Below, in pieces: positions 45,161-55,865 of a DNA stretch of 64,000 nt (positions are counted from its first letter, which is position 1; each line of letters begins with the position of its first letter). The notes under the pieces are model-generated. The model ran no database searches, had not been told where the DNA came from, and worked only from the letters and a program-made list of their open reading frames with translations. The position numbers and the translations under genes were made by a program. Source of the DNA: an uncultured Pseudomonadales bacterium (GTDB lineage Bacteria; Pseudomonadota; Gammaproteobacteria; Pseudomonadales; Azotimanducaceae); contig CATOTI010000002.1 in NCBI GenBank assembly GCA_951813295.1, forward strand, positions 2,674,522 to 2,738,521, written 5' to 3'.

Positions 45161-46584
45161 AATACACGGCCTGTCTTTGGTTGGTTCTAGTCGCGACGGC
45201 GCTCGAGGCGATGGAGCGTGACCCGTTCGCGGATGAACCTCTCTCGGTGGACGAACCTGTCTTGGGCGCCGCCGTCCGCTTGGGCGAGCTCGAATTCGGC
45301 GGGCGACGACTGCTGTTCTCGCGGAGCGCCGGGGGAGAGATCGAAACAGTCGATTCCACCGTGGCGGAACCGGAAAGTGCCGCGTCGCTGGGGCGGTTGC
45401 AGCTTGACGCCGATGATCGCTTCGACATCGAATTCGATCGCGTCGACACCCGAACACTGCTCACGATCCTTGCGCACCTCGTCGATGAAAATCTGGTGGT
45501 GGCGGGCGAGATCACGGGTGAGGTTTCGCTCAACCTTCGTGATGTTTCTTTTGTGCAGGTGTTGGATCTCGTCCTCTTCAGCCACGCGCTCGACGTGCAC
45601 CGCGAAGGCAACATCATGCTGGTCGCGCCTGAAGAGGCGCTCGCGCGGTATCGGGAGGAGCGTCTCCAGAACGATCGGGACGTCGAATCGCTGGCACCGC
45701 TCGTCACGCGTCTGATCGAGGTCGAGCATAGCGAGGCGACGGCCGTCCGAGACCTGCTCACCGGTTCGAGCGGCCAACCGCGTGCCCTATCGGAGCGTGG
45801 CAGCGTGCTCGTCGACGAGCGAACGAACACGCTGATCCTGATCGATGCCGACGAGCGATTGCGTGGGTTGACGGAGATCGTGCGAGCGATCGACATCCCT
45901 GTACGTCAGGTATTGATCGAGGCGCGCGTGGTGAACGTCGATCGATCGATCGCCGAGCAAGCGGGCGTCTTGTGGAACCTCCTACGAGACGACAAAAGCA
46001 GGACCCGGGCGACAGGCATCGCCGTGACGTCACCGTCCGGTGTCGAGGTGAACTTGCTACGTGATCGGTTGACGCTCGATGTCGAACTCTCGGCGCTGGC
46101 TTCGGAAGGACTGGTAGAAATCGTAGCCCAGCCGAAAGTCATCACGGCGGATCAGCGCCGCGCCACGGTCGAATCCGGGGTCGAGATTCCGTTCCAGCAA
46201 GCGACGAGTTCGGGCGCAACGTCGACCGCGTTCAAGGAAGCCGTGCTGCAGCTCGAAGTCACGCCGCGGATCACGCCGGATGATTGGGTATCGCTCGACC
46301 TCGAGATCAAACAGGACACGATCGGTGCGGTTTTCGCGGGTGTCCCGAGCGTCAACACGACGAAGATCATCACGCGTGTTCTCGTCGAAGATCGTCAGAC
46401 GGTCGTGCTTGGCGGGATCGCCCAGACGGACCGGAACACCTCGTTGATCAAGACGCCGCTGCTTGGCGATATCCCGGGCATCCGGCACCTGTTCCGGCAA
46501 CGGATCGAGCGTGACGACGAGCAGGACCTTCTCGTTTTCATCACGCCGACCATCCTGGACCCGAGCAACGCACCGTCTCCTTGA
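45157..46584 (+). CDS. pilQ: type IV pilus / competence secretin (PilQ/HofQ-like, no AMIN domains)
   Basis: It has a secretin C-domain (VLIEARVVNV..., TPLLGDIPGIRHLF, LLVFITPTIL) and an N0 domain (VSFVQVLDLV). It overlaps pilO as ATGA. Confidence 0.85.
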   Translation: MKYTACLWLVLVATALEAMERDPFADEPLSVDEPVLGAAVRLGELEFGGRRLLFSRSAGGEIETVDSTVAEPESAASLGRLQLDADDRFDIEFDRVDTRTLLTILAHLVDENLVVAGEITGEVSLNLRDVSFVQVLDLVLFSHALDVHREGNIMLVAPEEALARYREERLQNDRDVESLAPLVTRLIEVEHSEATAVRDLLTGSSGQPRALSERGSVLVDERTNTLILIDADERLRGLTEIVRAIDIPVRQVLIEARVVNVDRSIAEQAGVLWNLLRDDKSRTRATGIAVTSPSGVEVNLLRDRLTLDVELSALASEGLVEIVAQPKVITADQRRATVESGVEIPFQQATSSGATSTAFKEAVLQLEVTPRITPDDWVSLDLEIKQDTIGAVFAGVPSVNTTKIITRVLVEDRQTVVLGGIAQTDRNTSLIKTPLLGDIPGIRHLFRQRIERDDEQDLLVFITPTILDPSNAPSP

Positions 46585-46686
46585 TGGGGTAAAAACGGGC
46601 TGCCCGATGCCGGAAAACACGCGTTTTGCCTGGTGGTTGCGCGGTTCGTCGGTTGCGAGGCGCTCTCGAGTCGACATAATGCGCCG

Positions 46687-47241
46687 ATGTCGGCCTCCAC
46701 CTATTCGTTACAAAAGGGATTCTGCTATCAGGAGCGGGTGTTTCTCATCGGCATGATGGCGTCCGGAAAGACGACTGTCGGACGGTCGTTGGCAAAGCGC
46801 TTGAGCCTCGACTTCGTCGATGCGGATCACGAGGTGGAGGAGCGTGCTGGCGCGGATATCCCTTGGATTTTCGATGTCGAGGGCGAGGAAGGGTTTCGCG
46901 AGCGTGAGTCACAGGTCGTCGATGCGCTCACGACCCGTGAAAGGATCGTCGTCGCGACGGGTGGCGGGGCGATCTTGCGGCCGGAGAACCGGTCGCGCCT
47001 TCGTGAACGAGGCGTCGTCGTCTATCTGAAGACACCGATTGATCTCATCGTCGATCGAACGCGAAACGACCGTCGCCGACCGCTCCTGCAGGGCGTCGAT
47101 GCGCGCGAAAAGCTGGCGGCGCTCGAGGTCGAACGTGGTCATTTGTACGAATCGACTGCGCACCTCACGGTGTCGACGGAGTGCGACGACCCGCGGTTGA
47201 TCGCACAGACCATTTCCGACGCGCTCGGGGTAGTGCCGTGA
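46687..47241 (+). CDS. aroK: shikimate kinase
   Basis: The Walker A motif IGMMASGKTTVGR is present, with the downstream motif VVATGGG. Confidence 0.9.
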   Translation: MSASTYSLQKGFCYQERVFLIGMMASGKTTVGRSLAKRLSLDFVDADHEVEERAGADIPWIFDVEGEEGFRERESQVVDALTTRERIVVATGGGAILRPENRSRLRERGVVVYLKTPIDLIVDRTRNDRRRPLLQGVDAREKLAALEVERGHLYESTAHLTVSTECDDPRLIAQTISDALGVVP

Positions 47242-48323
47242 GGGACTCGATCACCGTCGAACTGGACGGCGCTCGGGACTACCCGATCTTCTTCGGGTCG
47301 GACGTGTTGGGCGACGCCTCGCTGATCGCACCCTATGTCGGAGGGCAGGTTTTCATCGTCACGAACGACGTCGTGGCGAATCTTTACCTGGACACGCTGC
47401 GCGAGTCGCTGCCGACCGGGGTCCGCTCTGACGTCTTCTCCATGGGAGAAGGCGAGAGGGCGAAAACGATCGAGACGTACGCGTCGATCCTCGATGCCCT
47501 GATCGAAGCTCGTCATAACCGCACGACGACCGTGATCGCCCTCGGCGGCGGTGTCGTCGGGGACGTGGCCGGTTTCGTGGCGGCGACTTATCAACGTGGG
47601 GTCGGATTCATTCAGATTCCGACGACGTTGCTTGCCCAAGTCGACTCCTCCGTCGGCGGCAAGACGGCCGTCAACCACGAGGGTGGCAAAAACCTGATCG
47701 GCGCGTTCTACCAACCGCGTCTGGTGCTGGCGGATGTCGCGACATTTCGATCCCTTCCCGAACGGGAATACCTGGCCGGCGTTGCCGAGGTCATCAAGTA
47801 CGGCGTGATTGCGGATACCGAATTCTTCGCCTGGCTCGAGGAGAACGTCGATGCGCTGCGGGAACGGGACGAAACGGCAGTGATCAATGCGGTTCGCCGG
47901 TCGTGCGAGATCAAGGCCGATTTCGTCCGCCGTGACGAACGCGAGCAGGGACTGCGGGCGCATCTGAACTTCGGTCATACGTTTGGTCATGCCATCGAGA
48001 AACTCACCGACTTCGATCGCTGGTTGCATGGAGAGGCTGTCTCGATCGGGATGGGAATGGCGATGGAGCTATCAGCGCGTCTCGAGCAGGTTCCCGCCGA
48101 CGCGACTGAGCGGGTTCATTCCTTGCTCGAACGCGCCGGGCTGCCGACGCGCGCGGATGGCCTCGACACCGGCGCGATGATCGAGGCGATGGGTATGGAC
48201 AAGAAAGTGGTCGACGGCAAAACGAGGTTCGTCGTGTGCGAGGGTATCGGTTCGGTGCGAGTGATCGACGAAGCGCCGGGTGATCTCGTTCGTGCGTCGA
48301 TCGCGAGTCGGGTGACGTTATGA
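47238..48323 (+). CDS. aroB: 3-dehydroquinate synthase
   Basis: The GTG start overlaps the aroK stop. Motifs LGGGVVGDVAGFVAATYQRGV, KTAVN and HTFGHAIE are present. Confidence 0.95.
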   Translation: MRDSITVELDGARDYPIFFGSDVLGDASLIAPYVGGQVFIVTNDVVANLYLDTLRESLPTGVRSDVFSMGEGERAKTIETYASILDALIEARHNRTTTVIALGGGVVGDVAGFVAATYQRGVGFIQIPTTLLAQVDSSVGGKTAVNHEGGKNLIGAFYQPRLVLADVATFRSLPEREYLAGVAEVIKYGVIADTEFFAWLEENVDALRERDETAVINAVRRSCEIKADFVRRDEREQGLRAHLNFGHTFGHAIEKLTDFDRWLHGEAVSIGMGMAMELSARLEQVPADATERVHSLLERAGLPTRADGLDTGAMIEAMGMDKKVVDGKTRFVVCEGIGSVRVIDEAPGDLVRASIASRVTL

Positions 48324-49519
48324 GTGCATATCTCCTCAACCGGTTCTTCGAAGGCGCGGGGCGCGGTAGTTTGCTCGATGCGGTACTCGAATCGACCGGC
48401 TCTATCCGAATTGAAGGCGCGGCCGGGGCCGGAAAAACGCGTCTGGCGCGCGAGGCCGTGGCGGTTTGGCGGACCCGCGGTCAGGTGGTCGATTGCTTCA
48501 ACCCGGCGTTGGATTCAGTTGATCCCGAAGCGCTCCAGAAGTCGCTCCGTCACGCGGACATCGTTGTGGTCGACAACGTGGACGCGTTGTCGAAATCGAG
48601 CTGGTCCGTCCTCTCCAACGCGCCCAGCCGCACCCGGTTGCTCCTACTCGGCGCGGTCACCAAAGCGTCGTTGCTCGAGATCGAGGTCCACGCGCTAAAG
48701 CCCCTGACGCCGGTCGACGTCGAAGAACTGTTGGCCGCTTCGGACGTCACGCGAGCGCCGCGGTGGGACGAAGCCGACATCGACGAGATCGTCCGTCGCA
48801 CCGATGGATCGTTGGGTGCTGTCCTGCGGATCGTTCGATCAGGTATGGAAGCGCGGCGGCGCCCCGCCGTGCCGTGGCGGCATGTCGGCCTCGCATTCGG
48901 TATCGCGTTCGCTACCGTCGGGTTCGCGTGGATCGGCGTGACCCCGGAGCCGGAGCCTACGAATATCGAACTCGCACCGGAATTCGACTCGCCTTCGGCG
49001 TTGCGGCGATTCGAGGAAGCAGGGATTGACGATGGGTCTGTCGCGACGCCGCCGAGCGACGTGGCGCAAATCGTCGATACCGCACCCGAGGTCGGTCAGA
49101 ACGCGCTAGAAGTGTTCGATGAATCGCCGGTTCCGGCCGTTGTGCAGGAGGTTCTTCGTACTGAAGTCGAGATCGCGGAGCCGCCGGCTTTTCGAGCCTC
49201 CACGCCCAACGTCCCGCGTGGTGCGGCCTGGCTGCTGAGACGTCAAGCCGAGGAATACACGATTCAGCTCTTTGCGACGTCGAACCGACCGAACATCGAA
49301 GCGTTCCTCGATGGGCAACAGGACCGGTCTCGGTTTGCGGTCTTCGAGCAGGTGCAGGGCGGTATCCGTATTCACGTCGTCGCCTACGGCTCGTTCGCCT
49401 CTCGGGTCGAGGCTGAAACCGCTGCCCTCGAGCTACCCGAAACGATCGGTGAGGTTGCGCCTTGGATCCGGGATTTCGCCGGCATTCAGCGCGCCATTCG
49501 CTCCGAAGGCGGCCGCTAG
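48320..49519 (+). CDS. SPOR domain protein with degenerate N-terminal P-loop ATPase module (DamX-position protein)
   Basis: It has a Walker A-like motif GAAGAGKT, a central TM segment and a C-terminal SPOR-like domain (YTIQLFATSN...IHVVAYGSFASRVEAETA). It sits immediately after aroB. Confidence 0.7.
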   Translation: MSAYLLNRFFEGAGRGSLLDAVLESTGSIRIEGAAGAGKTRLAREAVAVWRTRGQVVDCFNPALDSVDPEALQKSLRHADIVVVDNVDALSKSSWSVLSNAPSRTRLLLLGAVTKASLLEIEVHALKPLTPVDVEELLAASDVTRAPRWDEADIDEIVRRTDGSLGAVLRIVRSGMEARRRPAVPWRHVGLAFGIAFATVGFAWIGVTPEPEPTNIELAPEFDSPSALRRFEEAGIDDGSVATPPSDVAQIVDTAPEVGQNALEVFDESPVPAVVQEVLRTEVEIAEPPAFRASTPNVPRGAAWLLRRQAEEYTIQLFATSNRPNIEAFLDGQQDRSRFAVFEQVQGGIRIHVVAYGSFASRVEAETAALELPETIGEVAPWIRDFAGIQRAIRSEGGR

Positions 49520-49560
49520 CCGCTCAATCGCGCCACGCCCAGCATCCTAAAACTGCTCAC

Positions 49561-49579
49561 GGACTGGCGAAGCCAGTCC
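49561..49579. terminator. hairpin between convergent genes (possible bidirectional terminator)
   Basis: The GGACTGGC-GAA-GCCAGTCC perfect 8-bp stem touches the gltD stop codon. There is no clear U-tract. Confidence 0.4.
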
Positions 49580-51066
49580 TAAGGCAGAGTGGAGCTCCCC
49601 GTCAGGTAGTGATCGATCTCCCGAGCCGCCTCACGACCTTCGTTGATCGCGCGTACCACGAGGCTCTGGCCGCTGCGGCAGTCGCCGGCGGCAAAGACGT
49701 TCTCGATCGACGTTTGATAGCTGCCTTTCTCGGCGAGGTAGTTCGAGCGCTGGTCGTATTCGATCTCCAGCGGATCCGAGACGTCGTGTTCGGGTCCGCG
49801 AAAACCCATCGCGAGCAAGACGAGCTCGGCTTCCCAGAAACGCTCCGTGTTCTCGATCTGGCTCAGTTGGCCGTTCTCGAAGGCCATATCGATGGTCTTG
49901 AGGCCGATGAGATTACCGTCGTCATCACCGACGAATTCGGTCGTGCTGATCGAGAAGACCCGTGGATCTTCATTGAATCGTGCGCGTGCTTCCTCGTGAC
50001 CGTAATCGACCCGGTAGATCATGGGATAGATCGGCCAGGGGTTGGATTCGCGGCGTTCCGCCGGATGGGCCGGGAAGATCTCGAAGTTGGTGAGCGTCTT
50101 GCAGCCGTGCCGCATCGAGGTACCGAGACAGTCGGTGCCGGTATCACCGCCACCAATCACGATGACGTTTTTCCCTTTGGCGCTGATGTAGGCACCGTCT
50201 TCGTGATCGGAATCGAGCAGGCTCTTCGTGTTCGGCCCGAGGAAGTCCATTGCGAAATGAACGCCGTTGAGCTCACGCCCCGGCACGTTGAGGTCGTTCG
50301 GCACGGTCGCGCCCGTCGCGAGGAGCAGCGCATCGACCTCGCCGGCGAGATCCATCACCGACATCGAATCCGCGCTGCCATCACCGACGGCAGCGTTCGT
50401 CTTGAACGCGATGCCTTCCTCCCGCATGAGATCGACCCGTCGATCGACGACCTCTGCTTTTGCGAGTTTCATGTTCGGGATGCCGTACATCAGCAAACCG
50501 CCGATTCGATCGGCGCGCTCGTAGACGGTGACTGAATGACCGACGCTGTTGAGCTGATCCGCCGCGGCGAGCCCGGCCGGGCCGGAGCCGACGATCGCGA
50601 CTTTCTTGCCGGAGCGTACGCTCGGTGGGTTCGGTACGACCCAGCCTTCTTCGAAACCACGGTCGATGATCGCCATCTCGATATTCTTGATGGTGACCGG
50701 TGGATCGGTGACCCCGAGGACGCACGAACCCTCGCACGGCGCCGGACAGACACGACCTGTGAACTCGGGGAAGTTATTCGTCTTGTGTAGGCGATCAAGC
50801 GCGTCGCGCCAATGGTGGCGATAGACGAGGTCGTTCCACTCCGGAATGAGGTTGTGGATCGGACAGCCACTTCGCGCGTTGATCGGGTTGAGGTCCGGCG
50901 ACTGACAAAACGGGACGCCACAATCCATACACCGCGACGCCTGCGCTTCCAGCCCGCCGACGTTGTGGTCGGTATAGATCTCCTTGAAGTCGAGAACCCG
51001 CGCGTGCGGGTCGCGATACGGAGCGGCCTGGCGTTCGACCTCCTGGAATCCGGTCGGTTTACCCAC
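49579..51066 (-). CDS. gltD: glutamate synthase small subunit
   Basis: It has an N-terminal Fe-S Cys cluster region and [10 protein letters not shown] and GGGDTGTDC dinucleotide-binding motifs. Its start overlaps the gltB 3' end. Confidence 0.95.
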   Translation of the reverse strand: MGKPTGFQEVERQAAPYRDPHARVLDFKEIYTDHNVGGLEAQASRCMDCGVPFCQSPDLNPINARSGCPIHNLIPEWNDLVYRHHWRDALDRLHKTNNFPEFTGRVCPAPCEGSCVLGVTDPPVTIKNIEMAIIDRGFEEGWVVPNPPSVRSGKKVAIVGSGPAGLAAADQLNSVGHSVTVYERADRIGGLLMYGIPNMKLAKAEVVDRRVDLMREEGIAFKTNAAVGDGSADSMSVMDLAGEVDALLLATGATVPNDLNVPGRELNGVHFAMDFLGPNTKSLLDSDHEDGAYISAKGKNVIVIGGGDTGTDCLGTSMRHGCKTLTNFEIFPAHPAERRESNPWPIYPMIYRVDYGHEEARARFNEDPRVFSISTTEFVGDDDGNLIGLKTIDMAFENGQLSQIENTERFWEAELVLLAMGFRGPEHDVSDPLEIEYDQRSNYLAEKGSYQTSIENVFAAGDCRSGQSLVVRAINEGREAAREIDHYLTGSSTLP

Positions 51067-54000
51067 CGGTCGCCGCCATCTTGGCTTCGCGTTCTTGGAG
51101 GACGCGTTTGTAGTCGAAGGGCATCACCTTCGTGAAGGATTGTAGGGACGCGCGGAAATCGCCAAGAATCGATTTCGCGATGGTGGACCCGGTGAAGCGT
51201 GCATGTGCCTTCAACATTTCCTCGAGTTCGTGAATGTCTGCCGGTTGAACCACCGATTCGAGCTCAACCAGGTCGTGATTGCATCGGTCACCGAGTTCAT
51301 TCGACGGATCGTAGACGTAGGCGATACCGCCGCTCATACCGGCGGCGAAGTTCCGCCCGGTCGGTCCGAGAATCACGACACGCCCGCCCGTCATGTATTC
51401 GCAACCGTGATCGCCCACCCCTTCGACGACGGCGCGCGCGCCGCTATTGCGAACGCAGAATCGTTCCGCCGCGACGCCACGGAAATAGCAATCGCCTGAG
51501 GTCGCGCCGTAGAGGACGACATTGCCGATCAGAATCTGCTCTTCCGCTCGGAACGGGCTCGATTTCGGCGGATAAATGATCACGCGTCCGCCCGAGAGAC
51601 CCTTGCCGACGTAATCGTTCGCGTCACCTTCCACTTCGAGCGTGACCCCTTTCGCGAGCCACGCGCCGAAGCTCTGGCCGGCGCTGCCGTTGAATTTGAA
51701 GTGGATCGTATCGTCCGGAAGCATTTTCGGGCCGACCTGGCGGATGATGCGGTTGGACAACATGCCGCCGACGACGCGATTGGTGTTCTTGATCGGGAGT
51801 TCTTTCGTGACGCGCTCGCCGCGTTCGAGCGCGGGCTCGGCGAGGCGGATGAGGTCGTTGTCGAGCGCGCGATCGAGCTGGTGGTCCTGGTCGTGAATCC
51901 GATAGACGCCGAGATCCTTGGGATGACGTGTGGCAGGTACGAGGATCGCCGTGAGGTCGACGCCCCGGGCTTTCCAGTGCTCGACCGCGTCGTCCGTGAC
52001 CAGAGCATCCGTGCGGCCGACCATCTCGTTGACGGTTCGAAAGCCGAGTTCCGCCATGATCTGGCGAAATTCCTTGGCGACCATGAAGAAATAGTTGATG
52101 ACGTGCTCGGGCGCGCCAGCAAATTTCTCACGAAGGCGAGGATCCTGGGTCGCAATGCCGACCGGACAGGTGTTCAGGTGGCATTTGCGCATCATGATGC
52201 AGCCGAGGGCAACGAGCGGCGCCGTGGCGAAACCGAATTCCTCGGCGCCGAGACACGCTGCGATCGCGACGTCGCGACCGGTCTTCAGCTGTCCGTCGGT
52301 CTGTAGCGTCACGCGCGAGCGGAGATTGTTCAGCACGAGCACCTGATGCGTTTCGGCGATGCCAAGTTCCCACGGCACGCCGGCGTGTTTGATCGACGTC
52401 AGCGGCGAGGCACCCGTGCCGCCGGTGTCGCCGGCAATGACGAGGTGGTCGGTGCGTGCTTTGACGACACCGGCCGCAACGGTGCCAACCCCGATTTCGG
52501 CACCGAGTTTCACGCTGATCCGTGCGAGCGGATTCGCGTTCTTCAGGTCGTGGATCAGCTGGGCGATATCTTCGATCGAGTAAATGTCGTGGTGCGGCGG
52601 CGGGCTGATCAGCCCGACGCCCGGTGTCGAGTGACGCAGACTCGCGATGTAATCGTCGACCTTGCCGCCCGGTAGTTCGCCACCTTCGCCCGGCTTTGCG
52701 CCCTGAACGATCTTGATCTGCAGCTCGTCGGCGTTGCTCAGGTAGTTGATCGTGACGCCGAAACGTCCGCTGGCCACCTGCTTGATGGCGGAACGTTTGG
52801 AATCGCCGTTCGCGAGCGGGATGAAACGCTCGGAGTCTTCGCCGCCTTCACCGGTATTGGATTTGCCACCTAGCCGATTCATGGCCACGGCGAGGGTCTC
52901 GTGTGCTTCCTGCGAGATCGAGCCGAAGCTCATTGCGCCGGTCGCGAAGCGTTTGACGATCTCGGATTCGGGCTCTACCTCCTCGATATCGACCGGCCCG
53001 CCGTTCGCGCCAGGGGCGAAACGCAGGAGCCCACGGAGCGTCGAATTGCGTGTGCTCGATTCGTTCGAGACCCGAGCGAACTCCCAGTACGCGTCTTCGT
53101 TGTTCGAGCGAACGGCGTGCTGCAGATGCGAGATCGTCTCGGGATTCCACATGTGCGTATCGCCGTGGCGGCGCCAGTGGAAGTCGCCGGGATTTTGCAG
53201 CACGGGAATCGCGATCGTGTCGCGCGGCGGGAAACCGAGCGCATGGCGACGCTGCATTTCCTCGACGAGCACGTCGAATCCAACGCCCTGGACGCGACTC
53301 GCGCTGCCGACGAAACAGCGTTCGACGACCTCGTCCGCGAGGCCGACGGCTTCGAAGATCTGCGCACCTTTGTAGGACTGCAGCGTCGAGATGCCCATCT
53401 TCGCCATCACTTTCAGAATGCCCTTGCCGACGCCTTTCTTGTACGCGGCGACGACGTCGGCATCGTTCTCGATGTGCTCCGCGTCGGACAGGTAGCCGTT
53501 CGCGCGGGCATCCCAGATGGCCTCGAACGCGAGATACGGGTTGATGGCGTCGGCGCCGTAGCCGACGAGCAGGCAATGATGGTGAACCTCGCGTGCTTCG
53601 CCCGTCTCGACGACGATTCCGACGCGGGTTCGTTTCAGCGTCGCGACCAGATGGTGATGCACGGTACCTACGGCCACGAGGGCGCTGATCGGCACGCGCT
53701 CGGCGTTCATCTTTCGATCGGACAGCACGATCAAGCCGAATCCCGCGTCGATGGCGTCGCTCGCCTCCCGACAGATGCGATCCAGCGCCTCGAGGAGGCC
53801 ATCGCGACCCGTGTCGGCCTCGAACGTGATATCGATCGTCCGCGCATGCCAGCCCGGTCGGTCGATATTCTGAAGTGCGGCGAGCTCTTCGTTGGAAACG
53901 ATCGGGTGTGGAATGCGGAGACGATTGGCGTGCTCGGCGGTCGCTTCGAGCAGGTTGCGCTCGGGACCGATATAGCACTCGAGCGCCATGATCACTTCTT

Positions 54001-55624
54001 CGCGGATCGAATCGATCGCCGGGTTCGTGATCTGTGCGAAGCGCTGTTTGAAGTAGTCATAGAGCATGCGCGGTTTGTCGGACATGACGGCGAGGGCAGC
54101 GTCATTGCCCATCGATCCGAGCGGATCGCGTAGCTCTTGGACGATCGGCAGCAACATGAACTGCATCGTCTCGGCCGTGTAGCCGAACGCCTGCATGCGT
54201 GGCAGCAGCGTTTGGGTATCGAGTCCGGGGGCTGCGCGCGCCTCGAGGTCGTCGAGGTCGATGCGCTGACTGGCGAGCCAGTCGGCATACGGGCGTTGCG
54301 CCGCCCATTCTTCCTTGATCTCTTCATCCGGGATCATCCGCCCGGCGTCGAAGTCGATCAGGAAGATCTTGCCGGGCTGGAGCCGACCTTTTCTGACGAC
54401 CCGTTCCGGGTCGATATCGACGACCCCGACCTCGGAAGCCATGATGCAACGGTCATCGTCGGTGACGTAATAGCGCGAAGGGCGCAGACCGTTGCGGTCC
54501 AGAACGGCGCCGATATACGTACCGTCGGTGAAGGCGATAGAAGCCGGTCCGTCCCAGGGTTCCATCAGACACGAGTGGAACTCGTAAAAGGCGCGTTTCT
54601 CCGGCGACATCTGCGCGTTCTGCTGCCATGCCTCCGGGATCATCATGAGCACGGCTTCCTGGAGCGTGCGTCCCGACATGAGCAGGAACTCGAGCACATT
54701 GTCGAACGTGCCGGAATCGGAGCAGTCCGGTTCGACGATCGGGAAAAGCGATTCGAGCTGGTCGCCGAAGAGGTCGCTCGATACGACGCCCTGACGCGCG
54801 TTCATCCAGTTCTTGTTGCCGAGCAGCGTGTTGATTTCGCCGTTGTGGCTCATGAACCGGTTCGGCTGCGCCCGATCCCACGAGGGGAACGTGTTGGTCG
54901 AGAATCGCGAATGCACCATCGCGAGGTGCGATTCGTAGTCGTCGTCCTGGAGATCGGTAAAGAAAGGAAAAAGCTGATCCGGCGTCAGCATGCCTTTGTA
55001 GATGATGACGCGGGCAGAAAGGCTTACGCAGTAGAAGAGCGAACCTTCGCTCAAACCGCGGCTTCTGACAGTGTGTGACGCGACTTTGCGGATGACATAG
55101 AGCTGGCGTTCGAACGCGTCCGCGTCGAGGTTCTCCGCGCCGATGAAGACCTGCTCCATGTGCGGCATCGCGCCGAGCGCCGCCGAACCAAGGCCGGTCG
55201 GATCCGTCGGCAGGTCGCGCCAGCCGATCAGTCGCTGGGAAGACGCATCGATCGCCGCCTCGATGGCCGCTTTGCAGCTGGCACGCTCTTCATCGTCGCG
55301 CGGGAGGAAGACGATACCGACGCCGTATTGGCCGGGTTCAGGCAGGTCCGTGCTGAGTTCGGCCTGGGCAACCTTGGAGAGAAAGCTATGCGGTAATCCG
55401 GTCAGGATACCGGCGCCGTCGCCCGTATTGTTCTCGAAACCGACCCCGCCGCGGTGCTCCATGCAGCAGTTCATGTCGCGGGCGTCTTCGATGATCGAAC
55501 GTCGCGCCCGCCCTTTGATATCGCAGACGAAACCGACCCCGCAGGCATCGCGCTCCCAATCGGGCTCGTACAGACCTCGGGGTTTCGGCAGCCCGAGCGT
55601 CAGCTCCTTCGCGATGTCCGTCAT
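51059..55624 (-). CDS. gltB: glutamate synthase large subunit
   Basis: The 1521-aa protein has an N-terminal amidotransferase domain with Cys after a propeptide (RDACGVGFV), an FMN/3Fe-4S central domain and a C-terminal GXGXG beta-helix. Confidence 0.97.
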   Translation of the reverse strand: MTDIAKELTLGLPKPRGLYEPDWERDACGVGFVCDIKGRARRSIIEDARDMNCCMEHRGGVGFENNTGDGAGILTGLPHSFLSKVAQAELSTDLPEPGQYGVGIVFLPRDDEERASCKAAIEAAIDASSQRLIGWRDLPTDPTGLGSAALGAMPHMEQVFIGAENLDADAFERQLYVIRKVASHTVRSRGLSEGSLFYCVSLSARVIIYKGMLTPDQLFPFFTDLQDDDYESHLAMVHSRFSTNTFPSWDRAQPNRFMSHNGEINTLLGNKNWMNARQGVVSSDLFGDQLESLFPIVEPDCSDSGTFDNVLEFLLMSGRTLQEAVLMMIPEAWQQNAQMSPEKRAFYEFHSCLMEPWDGPASIAFTDGTYIGAVLDRNGLRPSRYYVTDDDRCIMASEVGVVDIDPERVVRKGRLQPGKIFLIDFDAGRMIPDEEIKEEWAAQRPYADWLASQRIDLDDLEARAAPGLDTQTLLPRMQAFGYTAETMQFMLLPIVQELRDPLGSMGNDAALAVMSDKPRMLYDYFKQRFAQITNPAIDSIREEVIMALECYIGPERNLLEATAEHANRLRIPHPIVSNEELAALQNIDRPGWHARTIDITFEADTGRDGLLEALDRICREASDAIDAGFGLIVLSDRKMNAERVPISALVAVGTVHHHLVATLKRTRVGIVVETGEAREVHHHCLLVGYGADAINPYLAFEAIWDARANGYLSDAEHIENDADVVAAYKKGVGKGILKVMAKMGISTLQSYKGAQIFEAVGLADEVVERCFVGSASRVQGVGFDVLVEEMQRRHALGFPPRDTIAIPVLQNPGDFHWRRHGDTHMWNPETISHLQHAVRSNNEDAYWEFARVSNESSTRNSTLRGLLRFAPGANGGPVDIEEVEPESEIVKRFATGAMSFGSISQEAHETLAVAMNRLGGKSNTGEGGEDSERFIPLANGDSKRSAIKQVASGRFGVTINYLSNADELQIKIVQGAKPGEGGELPGGKVDDYIASLRHSTPGVGLISPPPHHDIYSIEDIAQLIHDLKNANPLARISVKLGAEIGVGTVAAGVVKARTDHLVIAGDTGGTGASPLTSIKHAGVPWELGIAETHQVLVLNNLRSRVTLQTDGQLKTGRDVAIAACLGAEEFGFATAPLVALGCIMMRKCHLNTCPVGIATQDPRLREKFAGAPEHVINYFFMVAKEFRQIMAELGFRTVNEMVGRTDALVTDDAVEHWKARGVDLTAILVPATRHPKDLGVYRIHDQDHQLDRALDNDLIRLAEPALERGERVTKELPIKNTNRVVGGMLSNRIIRQVGPKMLPDDTIHFKFNGSAGQSFGAWLAKGVTLEVEGDANDYVGKGLSGGRVIIYPPKSSPFRAEEQILIGNVVLYGATSGDCYFRGVAAERFCVRNSGARAVVEGVGDHGCEYMTGGRVVILGPTGRNFAAGMSGGIAYVYDPSNELGDRCNHDLVELESVVQPADIHELEEMLKAHARFTGSTIAKSILGDFRASLQSFTKVMPFDYKRVLQEREAKMAATGG

Positions 55625-55851
55625 GCGATTCGTCCCTTACGAGCTCAAGTAGCGGTGTTTCGCCTGCGACAACGATCCGTTACGCGTCATCACCGTAACG
55701 GCACGCGTTCTATTTTTTTTCGAGACCTGGAAGGTCCGATTCGCGGCGGACGCGAGAAATTCTCAAAATTCGCAGCCGTCCGCAAGTCGCGACGATGTCG
55801 TCTCGACAACCGAAGCCGAGCGACACGCTAGTTCGAGAAACGGCCATCGAG

Positions 55852-55865
55852 TACATATATATGTA
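55852..55865. promoter_or_regulatory. perfect 14-bp AT-rich palindrome abutting the birA start codon (function unknown)
   Basis: TACATATATATGTA equals its own reverse complement. Its last base is the A of the birA ATG (55865). Confidence 0.3.

Noticed and set aside
55677-55720. A hairpin plus T8 run on the plus strand upstream of gltB might be a Rho-independent terminator.
   Set aside because: No plus-strand transcript would end here, because the upstream plus strand is antisense to gltB. The T-run is separated from the stem. It is more likely an A-tract or UTR feature of the gltB promoter region, and I left it unassigned.
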